Origin: Lytechinus pictus
Lineage: Eukaryota
NCBI RefSeq assembly: GCF_037042905.1
Contig: NC_087245.1
Location: forward strand, 31,436,001-31,500,000
DNA length: 64,000 nucleotides
Reading direction: 5' to 3'
How positions within the stretch are numbered: position 1 is the stretch's first letter; the number at the start of each line of letters is the position of its first letter. The notes beneath the pieces are model-generated. The model was given only the letters and a program-made list of their open reading frames with translations. It was not told the DNA's origin and searched no databases. Of the stretch, positions 14,201 through 26,266 are shown piece after piece. Both the position numbers and the translations under genes were made by a program.

Positions 14201-17200
14201 TGTGCAGCTGAAATACATGGGCAATTGATAAATTCCTATGGTATGAATTTACTTTTGTTAGTTGACCAATGTTTCCAAAGATTCATTTTAAATGAGTTTG
14301 TTGATGCACTCCCTACTACACTCAAAATATGTTAGGTGTTTTAGTTGAGTGAAAACCTGCCTTCTCAATTTTTTTGGGGGGCAGCCTTGAAAGACTTGCC
14401 TTCATTAATCTATTTGCTGTCATTTTGTTATTAGGGGCCAGATGATTTCACAGGAGGACTTTGCCTTCATCAAGGACTACGATCTCGCTGGACCTGAAAG
14501 GAGAGATCAGCTGATCCAGGCTCTGGGCCCCCTCTGTGCCAAGACCCTGGTCCGTCTCATGGGGCGTATCGCCAAGGAGATGACAGTTCGGTACATCCTC
14601 ACCTTAGTGGATGACATGCTGAAGGTACGTAGGACTAGTGATATGTATAGTGTAGAGGTTTCATGGGATACTATGTATTCTTTTGTGGGCATGTGTTGGT
14701 CCTAATAAGGACCACCCAAAGTAAACTCAACATTTTGACAAGTGTGTTCTTAACATTTTCAGGAGAACGATGTGATTAGTGATATGTACAATGTACAATG
14801 TACATGCATATATACACAGTTTCCTTGGAGTTTTTTAATCAAGACTTGTGGATGCTTTCTCTATATCATGCATGTGTAAGTAAGGAGAAGTCATGAGGTG
14901 AAGTCTGTAAACCAGATGAGATTTGATGACTTGAAGCAGAAAAGTACTGAAGCTTAGTCAAATAATTTTAAAAGTTCTGGTAGCGATGAGTTGATGAGTG
15001 GCGATGAGTAGATAAGTCTAGAAAAGATGCGATGAGCTTGACTGTCTATCATACTGTAGTGGATCCCCCTACTTTCACATATATCATGACATTTGTATTC
15101 TATTCTGTTTGTGTATATATTTACAAAGAATATTACCATATCATTTTAACTAATGTAATATCATTTGTATTTGTATTTATTCATCTATTATGAAAGTTTT
15201 ATACTACATTAATGTAGACTTTGATGGCTTTCTTTCCTCTATTGATTTTTTTTAATGTATTTGAATCATGAGTTTATACTCGATTGTAAATAGTTAAAAA
15301 TGATCTTGGACTAAGCGGAACTTAAACCTGCCATCTGCATGTGTTCATTACATGCAATGTAAACCTAACTTTTTGATGTACCTCTGCGTTAAACTGCTAT
15401 GAAAGTATTATTTATTTGCTATGAATGTTCTACATTTGGCTCTAGAGGTTTTCATTAAAGTCATGTACTTAATATTTTTCATTGAAATTTTAATAGCCAC
15501 TCCACATTTTATCGTTTAAAAGGTAGTAGCAGGACATTAATGATGATTATTTGTGGTGTGTTTGCATGACAGGAAAAGCCAGAGCGGGTTTCAGTGTTTG
15601 CTGAGCAGGGCAGGAAGAGCAAGACGAGTCCATGGGTCCCATTCCTGACGTTACTCAACAGAGAGGACCAGTTTGCTACCACTCAGGTACATGCTGACCA
15701 AACTCAGTGAAATATGTGACCACTGTGTCATCACTATGGTGGTCAGTGCCTGTCAGAACTACCCACCTCTCAAAATTTCCACTCGGCGTTCAGGGCATTA
15801 TCACACCTGCCCGCCCCGACACTACTTTCCACTTGCAAAATATGAAAACGATATTTTCAATGTTTACAGGTTCAAAAGTTGTCGCCCATTTTCCAAATTC
15901 CATGAAAAAGAATCATTTGAGAGACATTAATTTACAGTTCAATCAAGTATTCTGGTAACTCTTGCAAAATAAATCAAATTTCACATATCATTAGTCACAG
16001 TCTACACAACAGTAAGGTCAATGTAAATATCACTAACACACTTAGACATTTTACAATTTATTAAGTGGTACGCAGAATATTATTATGGTATTATTATTAG
16101 TATCTATTTAGTGCAAATGTATTACAATGAAAAATTACATGGTTGCGGAAAACGTGAAATTTCTTGGTCAATGTAGCATCAATGCAATTGACCAGGTGAG
16201 GTGTATAGGTAACTGGTCTAATTAATTTATATAATGCAATATGTGCTAATAAAGTGGTACTTTAAGCTATAGCCAGGGTAAGACAGGGTTCCAAGCCCAT
16301 CAGGGAAAAATGCCTTAATTGAGGGAAAAATCAGGGAATCTTGATCAGCTCAAAAGGCAAAAGCACTGTAGTCAGTCAGACTCTGCTATATTTTGTTGCA
16401 TATCAAAACAACATCCATTGAATGACTGGTTATGGTGGTACTAATTAGTTTTACATTATTGCTTTTATACAGAAAATACATGTAATTCACTGCAATAACT
16501 TAGAAAATATGCGAAACTGGGAATGGGTTTAAATAATTATCATCAGGGAATTTTTTAAACTTCCATCAGGGAAAAATCACACAATTTTGTTTTCTTGAAA
16601 AGCTGGGAACCGTGGTAATAATAGTTGTGCTTTGTATCTCTGGCAAGCGGCACGGTATAAATCCGGTTATTAATGGAAAAAATATATGTACTACATAATC
16701 AATTTTAGATGATTGATCACTGCAATTATCACTTATAATGTGTATCTGCTTTATTTTTTCCAGTCTTGCCGAATTGTAGCCAAACTTGCCACGTACGGCA
16801 AGGATCGTATGAACTCCAGCGATCTCAAGTTCTTCTTCAATTGGATCCGCAATCAGCTGACGACGCAGAACAACGAGTACATTCAGACTGTGGCCATGTG
16901 TCTGCAACAGATGCTCAAGTACAACGAGTACAGGGTTGGCTTCATGGCAAACGATGGAATCAGCACGTATGAACTGCTCTCTTTTTTTTTTGGTGTTGTA
17001 ATTTAGAAACAGGGAATTTTACAGTGATGCATCATTTAGGAAATACAGAAAATAAGTTTGATTTGTGAAAAAAAACAATCATTTCCATTTCTGTATCTTA
17101 AATAAAATTCATCTGAATGGTCATTTCATAAATGTATGTTTCTTGTTTTTAACAATCTAGAAAAAAAATCTTGCTTCTTTGTGTGAATAATTGTTATTAT

Positions 17201-20200
17201 ATCATTTAAGTCTACTTTGATTATAAATATTCTCTTACTCTTCCATTCTCCATTTGTAGGTTGATTCTTGTGTTATCAGGAAAGGTGAGCTTCCAGATTC
17301 AATACCAGCTTATCTTTTGTATCTGGATGGTGTCTTTCAATGCGTCCCTGTGTGCACAGATAAACAAGTGAGTTTTAGTGTTTAAATGGGAATAGGGTCA
17401 TTACAGGCATTGGTGCCTTTCAACCAACCCCTTTATGCACACATATACATGTGAGTTTTAGTTTCTTATGCGAATAGGGTAAATGGTGTCTTTCAACCCG
17501 TCATTGTGTGCACAGATATGCAACTGATTCAAAAGTTTATAATGTGAATATGGTAAGTGGTGTCATTCAACCCTTTCCTGTGTACATACATGTAGATTAA
17601 CTTGTGAGTTTTAATGTATATGTAAATGAGGCACATGCAATAGAAGTTCAATTTTATGTTAGTTCCCAAATTTTTTACTGTTTTTTTTTTCTTTTATCAT
17701 GTTGGAAGCTTTCTGCACAAATCATTAGGAAAAAAATTTAGTGCAAATTAAGCCAAAACCAACCCTGTTTAAACACCCCTAGGTTTGAAGTTTGTGTGAA
17801 TTAGTCAATGGTGGACATTTTTGTAAAATAAAATAAATGCAGAGCTTCTGGTCCTGCATTATCATCATGGTCAGTTCAAATTAAATTTCATATTTCTAAA
17901 AGTTTGAATATTTCTATCTGGTTTACAGTTCTTGTGTTTGAAAATAGTGACGAATTTGTCGTTGTCTAGGTTATAAATTGTCAGAAAGTTATAAAATACT
18001 TACGTATGCATCTGGCATGTGAAATTTATGAATGCTTACTTTTTATGAATTGAAGTCATCAACTGCAATTCAATATAATCCCATCCAGGAAATAATTTTG
18101 CTGTACAAATTTGAGTCGCATTTTTGGTCATAAGAGAAAAGTTCTCAACTAAATAATGTACAGTCCTATGTAAAAGTATGCTATACAAAAGACTTTATGC
18201 ATAGCAGTCTTTCAAAAATGTGTAGCAAATTGCGATGCGACACCAGGAAAATTATTCCCTGCCATCTTACTTAATTACATGTTGCTGTGTCTGACAAGCC
18301 TCAATGAAGCTTGTAGATTTTTGATGGAAATGTGTAAGATGTATTTATCAATTTTGCCTTGTAAGTATGCTTATCCATTTATTAAACAATTTTATTTGTT
18401 TGTAAAGGTACAAGATTGTTCCAGTTTTGGCTGATATCCTAAGTGAAAGTGTGAAGGAGAAAGTGACAAGAATCATCTTAGCCGTCTTCAGGGTAAGTTA
18501 ATTCTTCATGGCATTATTCAGTGTGTTAAGCTCAACACACACTACACTATCAGAAACTCCAACTCTCCCGCTTTCGGCGGGAGATCTCCCGCCCAAAGCC
18601 CATTTTTGCAAAATCTCCTGTTCTCCCGCCCAGGCCCTGTGTCTCCCGCTTAAGATGTGTTATCTCCTGCTTAAAATTATCTTTCTCCTGCCCAAACATC
18701 TTTTTAAACTAACTCAAATTTTTATATCCAAGCCGATATTCAAGTTGCAACTTAAGTAGAGCGTCAATGCTCAGTGCGATCTCGTACTAAAAATTTCAGC
18801 TCAAGTAAGACATGCATGAGTTATTGACATAAATTGATTTCTATTTTCTGTTTCCTTGTAGAATCTGGTTGAGAAACCTGAAGAGAAGGAGGTAACGCAG
18901 GAGAATGCTCTGTCTATGATCCAGTGTAAGGTCCTGAAGCAGCTTGAAGTCCTGGAAGGACAGAAGATTGAGGATCCAGACATCACCGAGGATATTGAAT
19001 ACTTGAATGAGAACCTGCACAACAGCATGCAAGATCTCAGGTAAGGAGAATGAATAATAATAATATATAATAATAATAATTTAAGATTTGTATAGCGCAC
19101 ATATCTGTCGATGACACTCAAGGCTCACAATCAACTACTTATACAATACAGAAAATGAAATTAATAAATACACAGAAATTCAACAAATTGACAAGAAAAA
19201 ATACACAATCAGTTAAAGTTGGTAGTCAAAATTACAAGTTAATATATATAATTTCTCTACATCTGTGTTTAAGGCAATTTTTTTTTTCTTTTGCCGTTTG
19301 TAATGCGCCTTATACCACGGTCACATTTGATCTACGGCGGCCGTACGGCGAGTCGAAAACAGCAGTTTTATTCATTTTTATTCCAACCACAAATGTATAG
19401 CTGGTACAAAAAATGTTAAAACGGCTGTTTTCGACTCGCCGTACGGCCGCCGTAGAGTGAATGTGACCAAGGTATTAACGCCCTCTACCTTTGTCTTTAC
19501 GTCTATACATGTATGTGTATTATGACGTAATAAACCCATTCATTGACTTCGCCCTTTCGTAGGATGTAGGCATATATACATATATATATATATATATATG
19601 AGTAATATGTGAGAAAAGATATTACATGGTGTTTTATTTGAGGCATGCTAATGTTGCAGTTTTTCACATTTATACTATTGAATTTTACAGTGGTATAAAC
19701 TACTTTATCCCTTACTTTGTACTGGAAAATTCATTTAATGGTTATAGATCTTTGGTAACATCTCTACCATGATTACCAGTATCAATAGTGAAACTGGAAA
19801 TCAGTTTTCAAAGAAAATACCATCAAATTAATTTTCAGTATCATTCCCTAGAATTAATTCAACGTGCAAGGAGTTAAACCTTTCCCATATAATACTGCAG
19901 TAACAAAAATTATACAAGGAATTATAAAAGAGTTATAGAAAATGTGCATGGTAAATAGTACAATCAATCGTTTATAGAAGATGGGTTTTGTGAATAACTT
20001 TGACTTACAACTAAGATGGGGTTAAATTAGATACATTGACATTAGTACAGTCATGTATATTGTCTGAACAATCATGCTTGACAGAAAATCCCTTATCTGA
20101 AAAAAAATTGATTTAGAAATAATTTCTGATGAGTTGTGATGATCTAAAAGTGTGAAGAAGATTGATAAAAGACACTTATTTAGAGTACTGACTTCCCGGT

Positions 20201-23200
20201 GATAAAATCGTGATGAAAATTTGTATTGCATTTGTATGGAAAGAAATAATGTACATATCACCAAAAACTGCATTAGGAATGACTCTCAAACCTCGTTGTG
20301 TATTTCACATCATTGTCTTTACAACGTAAGAAATTAAATCAAAGAAAATGTGACCTGCCACTCCAAAATAAGTTGCCAGGTTCCCTCTAAACAGTTAAAA
20401 TTAGCTCATTTGGAAGAGTAATTTTACTTCATACTGTCAATATTTAAAGTTCTAAAGTTAAATACAAGACCAGATACAAGAGTTTCTTTGACCCCATTTT
20501 TTCTGAAATGCCTGGATGTTTCATTTCTCAAGCTTTAGTGAACCTCAAATGTCGCACCTTTTGTCGATCAAGTACTTGAGTGGGATATTGATGAGTTGGG
20601 TATTTAAGCTCATGGTGTGCTTTATCAAGCTCAATAGAAATCTCGAAATTTCAAAATTTAATTTGGGTGACTTACTGCTTTTTTTTGGGGGGGAGGGGTG
20701 CTGGTGGGTCTCATACAGTATCTATGGTAGTACCAGTTCTGGCAAATAATCATTGTACCACAACTAGGACCTACCCATTTCAGAACTAATTTTGCAATAC
20801 GTTAAAATTTTATCATCTTTTAAATAAACTACATGAATTAATCATATCTTGGTTGTCATGTTGTAGTTCGTTTGATGAGTATTCTACCGAAGTGAAGTCT
20901 GGTCGTTTAGAGTGGAGTCCTGTTCACAAGAGCGAGAAGTTCTGGAGAGAGAATGCTGCCAGGCTGAACGAGAAGAACTATGAGCTACTCAAGTAAGTCA
21001 ATGATATACAAGTGACATTGCCTAGGGTGATTTTTTTTTAATTACAGGAATTTGTTGTACCAAGGTAAAATTCGACTTTAATATGTTCTTCACGCTTGTT
21101 TTGCCTATTCTGGTCTTAAATAATGCTTTGAGATGGGCAATCATTAGACTTTTGGATGGTAGAAAGTCTACTGCATGAAGTTTAGTCATCACAGGGGGGG
21201 GGGGGGTTGTTGGAAGCATCATGTTATGGTGGTTCTGACCTTGCCTTTCAATCAGAGGGTCGAGGGTTCAAATAATAATAATATGTCCATTTATATAGCG
21301 CAGTTACTATGTGCATATACTCAGCTGCGCTTTGATACTTACTTGGTATCATATTATTACCCCGGCTGTAGCTATGCCGCCATATTAATAGGCGCTAAAG
21401 CGTTCAAGGAATAAATCCTACCGGGTACCCATTCGCCTCACCTGGGTTGAGTGCAGCACAATGTGGATAAATTTCTTGCCAAAGGAAATTACGCCATGGC
21501 TGGGATTTGAACCCACGACCCTCTGTTTCAAAGTCCGGAGACTAATCCACTGGGCCACAACGCTCCACTCCAACGAATCCCACTTCAGGCATACATTTCC
21601 TCTATCTAGATACTAATTCTCTCATCACCATCTCTCCAAACTATATTCTGGTTCCCCCCCTCCCTCACTCTTTCTCTCTGGCTCATCTCATATATTTCAT
21701 TCTTTATATGCAGGATATTGACGAGATTGTTAGAGAGTTCTAAAGACCCTCTTATCCTGTGTGTCAGTGCTCATGATATAGGAGAGTATGTCAGACACTA
21801 CCCCAGAGGGAAAAAGTAAGTAGAAAACTGTTTCACATCTCTACAAAATTAGTATCCATTTGCGATTTAAAAGGTTATCTGGGAAATTAGGTAAGGTGCC
21901 TAATTAATCTTAACAGTATAGACAGATTTGTCGTACTAAGCTTCTTATAGATAGACGGTGACACGACATTTGCTCCTGCGACAATTTCTCCGGGCTTGAT
22001 TTCGTCTAAGATGTAGGGTGGGGTTGCAAAAGGGTTTTATTTTAGGTTTAGGGTAGGGTATAGTGTTAAGCCCAGGGTTGAAGTTGGCAATTTGATTAGA
22101 GTGTGGAATTTAGAGCGGAGCGATTGTCTGATTTCGCCTCTCCAAATCAACATACAAAAAGCTGTAGGTCAACATGGCGAGATAAGTTATCTCTCCAAGT
22201 TGACATACAAAAAGTGGATGGCAACATGGCGAGATAAGTTATCTCTTCAAGTCGACATACAAAAAGTGCATGGCAACATGGCGAGATACGTTATCTGTCC
22301 AAGTCGACATAGAAAAACTGTATGTCACCATGGCAAGATAAGTTATCTCTCCAAGTTGACATATAAAAAGTGTATGGCAACATGGCGAGATACGTAATCT
22401 CTCCAAGTCGACATACAAAAAGTGTATGGCAACATGGCGATATATGTAATCTCTTCAAGTCGACATATAAAAAGTGTATGGCAACATGGCGAAATCATTT
22501 TCTCGCCATGTTGACATAAAAAAAAGTTGTATGTCAACATGGCAAAATACGTTTTCTCGCCATGTTGACATAAAAAAGTTGTATGGCAACATGGCGAGAT
22601 AAGTTATCTCTCCAAGTTGACATACAAAAAGTGTATGGCAACATGGCGAGATACGTTATCTCTCCAAGTCGACATACAAAAAGTGCATGGCAACACGGCG
22701 AGATACGTAATCTGTCCAAGTCGACATACAAAAAGTGTATGGCAACATGGCGATATATGTAATCTCTTCAAGTCGACATATAAAAAGTGTATGGCAACAT
22801 GGCGAAATTATTTTCTCGCCATGTTGACATTAAAAAAAGTTGTATGTCAACATGGCGAGGTATGTTGTCTCTCCAAGTCGACATACAAAAACTTGTATGT
22901 CAACATGGCGAAATACGTTTTCTCGCCATGTTGACATAAAGAAAGTTGTGTCAACATGGCGAAATACGTTTTCTCGCCATGTTGACATAAAAAAGTTGCA
23001 TGGCAACATGGCGAGATAAGTTATCTCTCCAAGTTGACATACAAAAAGTGCATGGCAACATGGCGAGATACGTTATCTCTCCAAGTCGACATAGAAAAAG
23101 TGTATGGCAACATGGTGAGATACGTAACCTCTCCAAGTCAACATACATAAAGTGTATGGCAATATGGCGAGATACGTAATCTCTCCAAGTCGACATACAA

Positions 23201-24977
23201 AAAGCAGTATGTCAACATGGCAAGATAAGTTATCTCACGAAGTCGACATACAAAAAGTGTATGGCAACATGGCGGGATACGTTATCTCTCCAAGTCGACA
23301 AACAAAAAGTGCATTGCAACATGGCGAGATACGTAATCTCTCCAAGTCGACATACAAAAAGTGCATGGCAACATGGCGAGATACGTTTTCTATCCATGTT
23401 GACATTAAAAAAAAGTTGCATGTCAATATGGCGAGGTATGTTACATGTATCTCTCCAAGTCGATATACAAAGAGTTGTATGTCAACATGGCGAGATACGT
23501 TATCTCTCCATGTTGACATATTAAAAGTAAATTAGGTATCCGCAATGTGCACGCACCACATCCAGTTGGAAGCGAATCCAGGCCACTACTCGGCTGGCTA
23601 CAGATAAACATCTATGTGTGCACACGTTGTTGATAAAATGTTCTCTCACCAGTTACTTTTTATTATGTGTCAACTTTGTATGATGTTGACATACAACTTT
23701 TCATAAATTGACTTGGCAAGGTAATGTATCTCACCATGTCAATATACAATGTTTCATATGTCAACTTGGTGAGATAGTGTTCTCGCCATGTTGATTTTTT
23801 ATCGACTTGGCAAGAAAATGTATCTCGCCGTGATGATGACCTAATGACATTATCATGTTATTTCGCGAGAAAAAAATTCTTAATTGTGCATATTGTTTTT
23901 AACAATTTGTATCATAAACTATTTGCAATTTTGTAACATGTAACACCATGCAATCTTATTATATTTCCTGTATATGTTAAGAGGACTCTTTCTTACAAAT
24001 TTTACAAATTTCTTTCTTTCATATCTTCCAGAATTTATGATTATATTTGTTATAATTTTGTACAGTATATTGTTATGGTCTTTTTATGAGTGAATTTTTA
24101 AAAAATAAAGTGAACTGAAACTGGAATTGTTATCATTCATTTGTTTCTGATAGTGTGATAGAACAGCTAGGAGGCAAGCATCTTGTTATGCAGTACATGA
24201 CCCATGAAGATCCCAACGTTAGGTATGAAGCACTGCTAGCCGTACAGAAACTCATGGTTCATAATTGGTGAGTAAACTTCAGTAAACATCAGATCCTTTG
24301 ATCCAAGAAAAGCCTTACTTTCGAACTATCCCACTATTACAAGGATTTTTCTTGTTACAGGGTTCCCTCACTCATGGAAAATCCTTGAAAAATTTGTGGT
24401 CATGGAAAGTCAAGGAAAAGTCAGGGAATTTGGAAAATTTGTGAAAAGTCATGGAATTGCATTTACCTCTTGGCTATGGCAGCTTTCCAGTTGTGTCTTG
24501 CAATTCTCATACTCTGTGATCATACTCTGCTATGATAATTGGTGTTGATGATTTCTATTTTTCCCAGTTTATGACATCCCAAATTCTACATAACTCCCGG
24601 GATGTCACAGGAAGTCATGGAAAACAGCAATTAAGTCATGGAATTTCAAATTTCTGTAGGAACCCTGCGTTACTTATTGATAATGGAGAATAGGAAAGAT
24701 GCCTTTTTCACCCCTCCTGAAGTTTATTGCCTACGTTGTTAGTGGGTACCAGGCCCCATTAGAATGTAGCCATGAGCTATGAGCATTCAACTTGCACGTA
24801 TGTACTATGAAATGCACAAATTGTCCCCAGAGTAAATTTTATGAAATATGACTGGAGATAAATGTAATTGTAGTTATAGTATTCAAGACGTTCATTTCAG
24901 TCGATCCTTCTTTCCTTTTCTGTTGTATCCACAGGGAGTACCTAGGAAGGCAGCTTGTCCAACAAGAGACAAGCTAG
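2118..24977 (+). CDS. ATP6V1H: V-type proton ATPase subunit H (whole gene span, 11 coding exons, 1428 nt CDS, 475 aa)
   Basis: Exons 2118-2281, 14435-14624, 15573-15686, 16764-16966, 17260-17367, 18408-18492, 18862-19040, 20867-20992, 21714-21815, 24154-24267 and 24935-24977 join in frame across GT-AG introns. Hallmark motifs: [94 protein letters not shown]. Confidence 0.97.
2348..2356. promoter_or_regulatory. M-box / CLEAR-like MiT-TFE site at the start of ATP6V1H intron 1
   Basis: GTCATGTGA 67 bp after the exon-1 donor; GTCACGTCA at 1901-1909 upstream. Confidence 0.45.
2974..3135. mobile_element. MITE with ~45-bp TIR (ACCTTGGTCACATTTGCTCTACGGCGGCCGTACGGCGAGTCG), TTA flanks
   Basis: Three copies: 2974-3135, about 3780-3945 and about 19313-19474. 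Confidence 0.85.
3780..3945. mobile_element. Second copy of the TTA-flanked MITE
   Basis: cctcggtcatttttgctctatgacggccgtacggcgagtc...gactcaccgtacggccgccgtatagagcaaatatgaccgagg. Confidence 0.8.
4680..5075. repeat. (GAT)n-rich degenerate microsatellite
   Basis: Directly visible. Confidence 0.85.
5113..7460. repeat. ~180-bp satellite array (~13 monomers) in ATP6V1H intron 1
   Basis: gatagatcgcacacccatctgagatgtttgtgacttctatt... recurs at about 5179, 5357, 5537, 5716, 5895, 6237, 6416, 6596, 6775, 7117 and 7297, with variant monomers at about 6051 and 6931. Confidence 0.97.
8177..9390 (-). mobile_element. L1/Tx1-clade LINE ORF2 3' fragment (RT C-terminus + zf-RVT-like), disrupted
   Basis: [32 protein letters not shown] and [11 protein letters not shown]...C...[17 protein letters not shown]; frameshifts and stops between the ORF pieces. 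Confidence 0.85.
10464..10924. mobile_element. Degenerate TTAA-flanked TIR element
   Basis: ttaaag...tgacaaatcatggggaaat / atttccccatgatttgtca...ctttaa. Confidence 0.55.
11480..11890 (+). mobile_element. Degenerate RTE-clade LINE fragment
   Basis: Frameshifted pieces [31 protein letters not shown] and LCGVKI resemble the post-RT 'LLYGSETW' region of RTE elements. Confidence 0.55.
11900..12169. mobile_element. Harbinger-like MITE (TIR GGCCCCGTCTTACAAAGAGTTACGATTGATCC, TSD CTG)
   Basis: TIRs and CTG/CTG flanks; homologous copies at 48106-48377 and (partial) 50853-51055. Confidence 0.85.
12352..12490. mobile_element. Short Harbinger-like MITE (TIR GGGCC..TTTCATAAAG, TSD CAG)
   Basis: cag|gggcccatttcataaag...ctttatgaaactggccc|cag; relatives at 25060-25190, 1561-1708, 47772-47915 and 52442-52546. 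Confidence 0.75.
12977..13578. mobile_element. Non-autonomous TIR element with TTAA target duplication (Kolobok-like termini)
   Basis: TTAA|AGGACAAGTCCACCCC...GGGGTGGACTTGACCT|TTAA with long imperfect inverted arms. Confidence 0.85.
14435..14624 (+). CDS. ATP6V1H: ATP6V1H coding exon 2
   Basis: ttag|[19 protein letters not shown]...[13 protein letters not shown]; donor AAG|gtacgt. Confidence 0.95.
15573..15686 (+). CDS. ATP6V1H: ATP6V1H coding exon 3
   Basis: EKPERVSVF...[19 protein letters not shown], 114 nt, AG/GT flanks. Confidence 0.93.
16764..16966 (+). CDS. ATP6V1H: ATP6V1H coding exon 4
   Basis: SCRIVAKLA...[20 protein letters not shown]...DGIS(T). Confidence 0.95.
17260..17367 (+). 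CDS. ATP6V1H: ATP6V1H coding exon 5
   Basis: [27 protein letters not shown]...; donor AA|gtgagt. Confidence 0.95.
17328..17630 (+). repeat. Four degenerate ~75-80 bp tandem copies straddling the ATP6V1H exon 5 donor
   Basis: Unit tggtgtctttcaa...tgtgcacagata...gtgagtttta...gaatagggt starts at about 17328, 17411, 17484 and 17558. Confidence 0.85.
18408..18492 (+). CDS. ATP6V1H: ATP6V1H coding exon 6
   Basis: [28 protein letters not shown]; donor AGG|gtaagt. Confidence 0.95.
18862..19040 (+). CDS. ATP6V1H: ATP6V1H coding exon 7
   Basis: NLVEKPEE...[13 protein letters not shown]...[11 protein letters not shown]...MQDL(S). Confidence 0.95.
19313..19474. mobile_element. Third copy of the TTA-flanked MITE
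   Basis: tta|taccacggtcacatttgatctacggcggccgtacggcgagtcg...gtgaccaaggta|tta. Confidence 0.85.
20867..20992 (+). CDS. ATP6V1H: ATP6V1H coding exon 8
   Basis: [41 protein letters not shown](K). Confidence 0.97.
21270..21566 (-). mobile_element. tRNA-derived SINE, same head and core as the 48707 copy, different 3' part
   Basis: Reverse complement: ggagcgttgtggcccagtggattagtctccggactttgaaacagagggtcgtgggttcaaatccc..., with (ATT)n tail. Confidence 0.9.
21714..21815 (+). CDS. ATP6V1H: ATP6V1H coding exon 9
   Basis: [33 protein letters not shown]. Confidence 0.97.
22139..23832. repeat. ~52-bp palindromic-unit minisatellite with a downstream inverted degenerate arm (foldback-like)
   Basis: Unit tggcaacatggcgagatacgttatctctccaagtcgacatacaaaaagtgta repeated over about 22139-23522; reverse-complement degenerate units at about 23680-23832. 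Confidence 0.9.
24154..24267 (+). CDS. ATP6V1H: ATP6V1H coding exon 10
   Basis: [37 protein letters not shown](W). Confidence 0.97.
24358..24667. mobile_element. MITE with CAGGGTTCC termini and internal gtcatggaa repeats
   Basis: cagggttcc...ggaaccctg; a relative lies at about 16284-16613. Confidence 0.6.
24935..24977 (+). CDS. ATP6V1H: ATP6V1H last coding exon
   Basis: acag|G GAG TAC CTA GGA AGG CAG...TAG ([13 protein letters not shown]). A candidate AATAAA lies at 26908-26913. Confidence 0.93.
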
Positions 24978-25059
24978 GAGAAGCCTCGTGGGCATTCTGA
25001 TATCGACAATCAGCAACTCTATATCAAACTGGTAACCAGGGCACTCTCATATGAGCCTT

Positions 25060-25190
25060 GGGCCTGTTTCATAAAGAGTTATGGTAACTTTGCGAGTATG
25101 GCAACTACCATGGTAACATTGCTCAACAGCCAATCACAACCAAGATTCCATGTTAGTTACCATAATTGTAGCTCTTCATGAAACCAGCCC
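25060..25190. mobile_element. Same short MITE family, in the presumed ATP6V1H 3' UTR
   Basis: gggcctgtttcataaagagtt...gctcttcatgaaaccagccc. Confidence 0.7.
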
Positions 25191-26266
25191 TTGTCATCAC
25201 CAAGGAGTTGTCATTCTCTGATGGTTACAGTATTTCTCAGCCCATCGTGTCAGACCAAACATGTCAGAAAAAAATGTGGCTGACCACATAATGTCTGTAC
25301 ACAGACTAAACATCTTGCATGGGCTTTACTATGTGGGACTAGTAATTGAGGTAATAGACAAAGACAAATATGTGGTCTGCCCTATGGTTATTATGTAGCC
25401 ATGTGATCATGTCCTGGAATATAACTTTTTATCTCTTCGATATTAATTTTAGTTAATGTATGCCAAAGCATTAGGTACAACTTTTACACATATTTATAAT
25501 CAAATATGACAAGTATGACTCAAACAGAATGTAAGTATATTGATAATTATGCAAAAGGTAGAATTGAATAAATTATATGCCCTTCAAGACTGCTTTGGGT
25601 GGACAGTTATGCTATGTTTTGTTTTTTGTGCAGGACAGAGGGAAGGGTGAACAAGAAGGGTATGAGATCTAATATATGGTGTGGCAGGTTTTAGAGGAAA
25701 GTTTGTCCATATGTTCTTTCAAGCAATACAGGAGAGTGCATAAGGTGTCTCTTAGACTTCAAGTCTGGACACACATTTGTAAATTTTGAATACATGAATT
25801 GTGTTTCTGTTTCTTTTTTTTTTATCATTGATGACCCAATTTGAAAATGTTTATTTTCAGAATGTGCAATGGGGTGAAATCATCTTTTCTGTTAAGTATT
25901 ATTGTAGAAAATATATTCTTTCTGTAATACCATTTGCAAAAGTTTTCATGTTTGTCATCCAATCATACAGAGAATTGCAGATTGATTTTAATTTTTGTTA
26001 GGCCACTGTATCATTTATTTCTAGCAGGAATTTATATGCATTTAATTATTTCGAATCATTCATTATTTGATTGGTGCTCTAGGAAATAGTGTGTAATTGA
26101 TACCAATCGTGGAATCTGATGATACAGAAAAAAATCATATTGTATTTTGAAATTAATGTGACAACACATTCAAATAATTTACCCATTTTCAATTTTGATA
26201 GACTCTGCATTAGAATCATGGGTTGGTGGGAATTCATACCCAAGAAGAAAAAAATACAGACAAATT

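Noticed and set aside
22139..23522. CRISPR-like array of palindromic repeats
   Set aside because: Units are contiguous with no unique spacers, there are no cas genes, and it lies in a spliceosomal intron. It is a minisatellite, and its ORFs are repeat artefacts.
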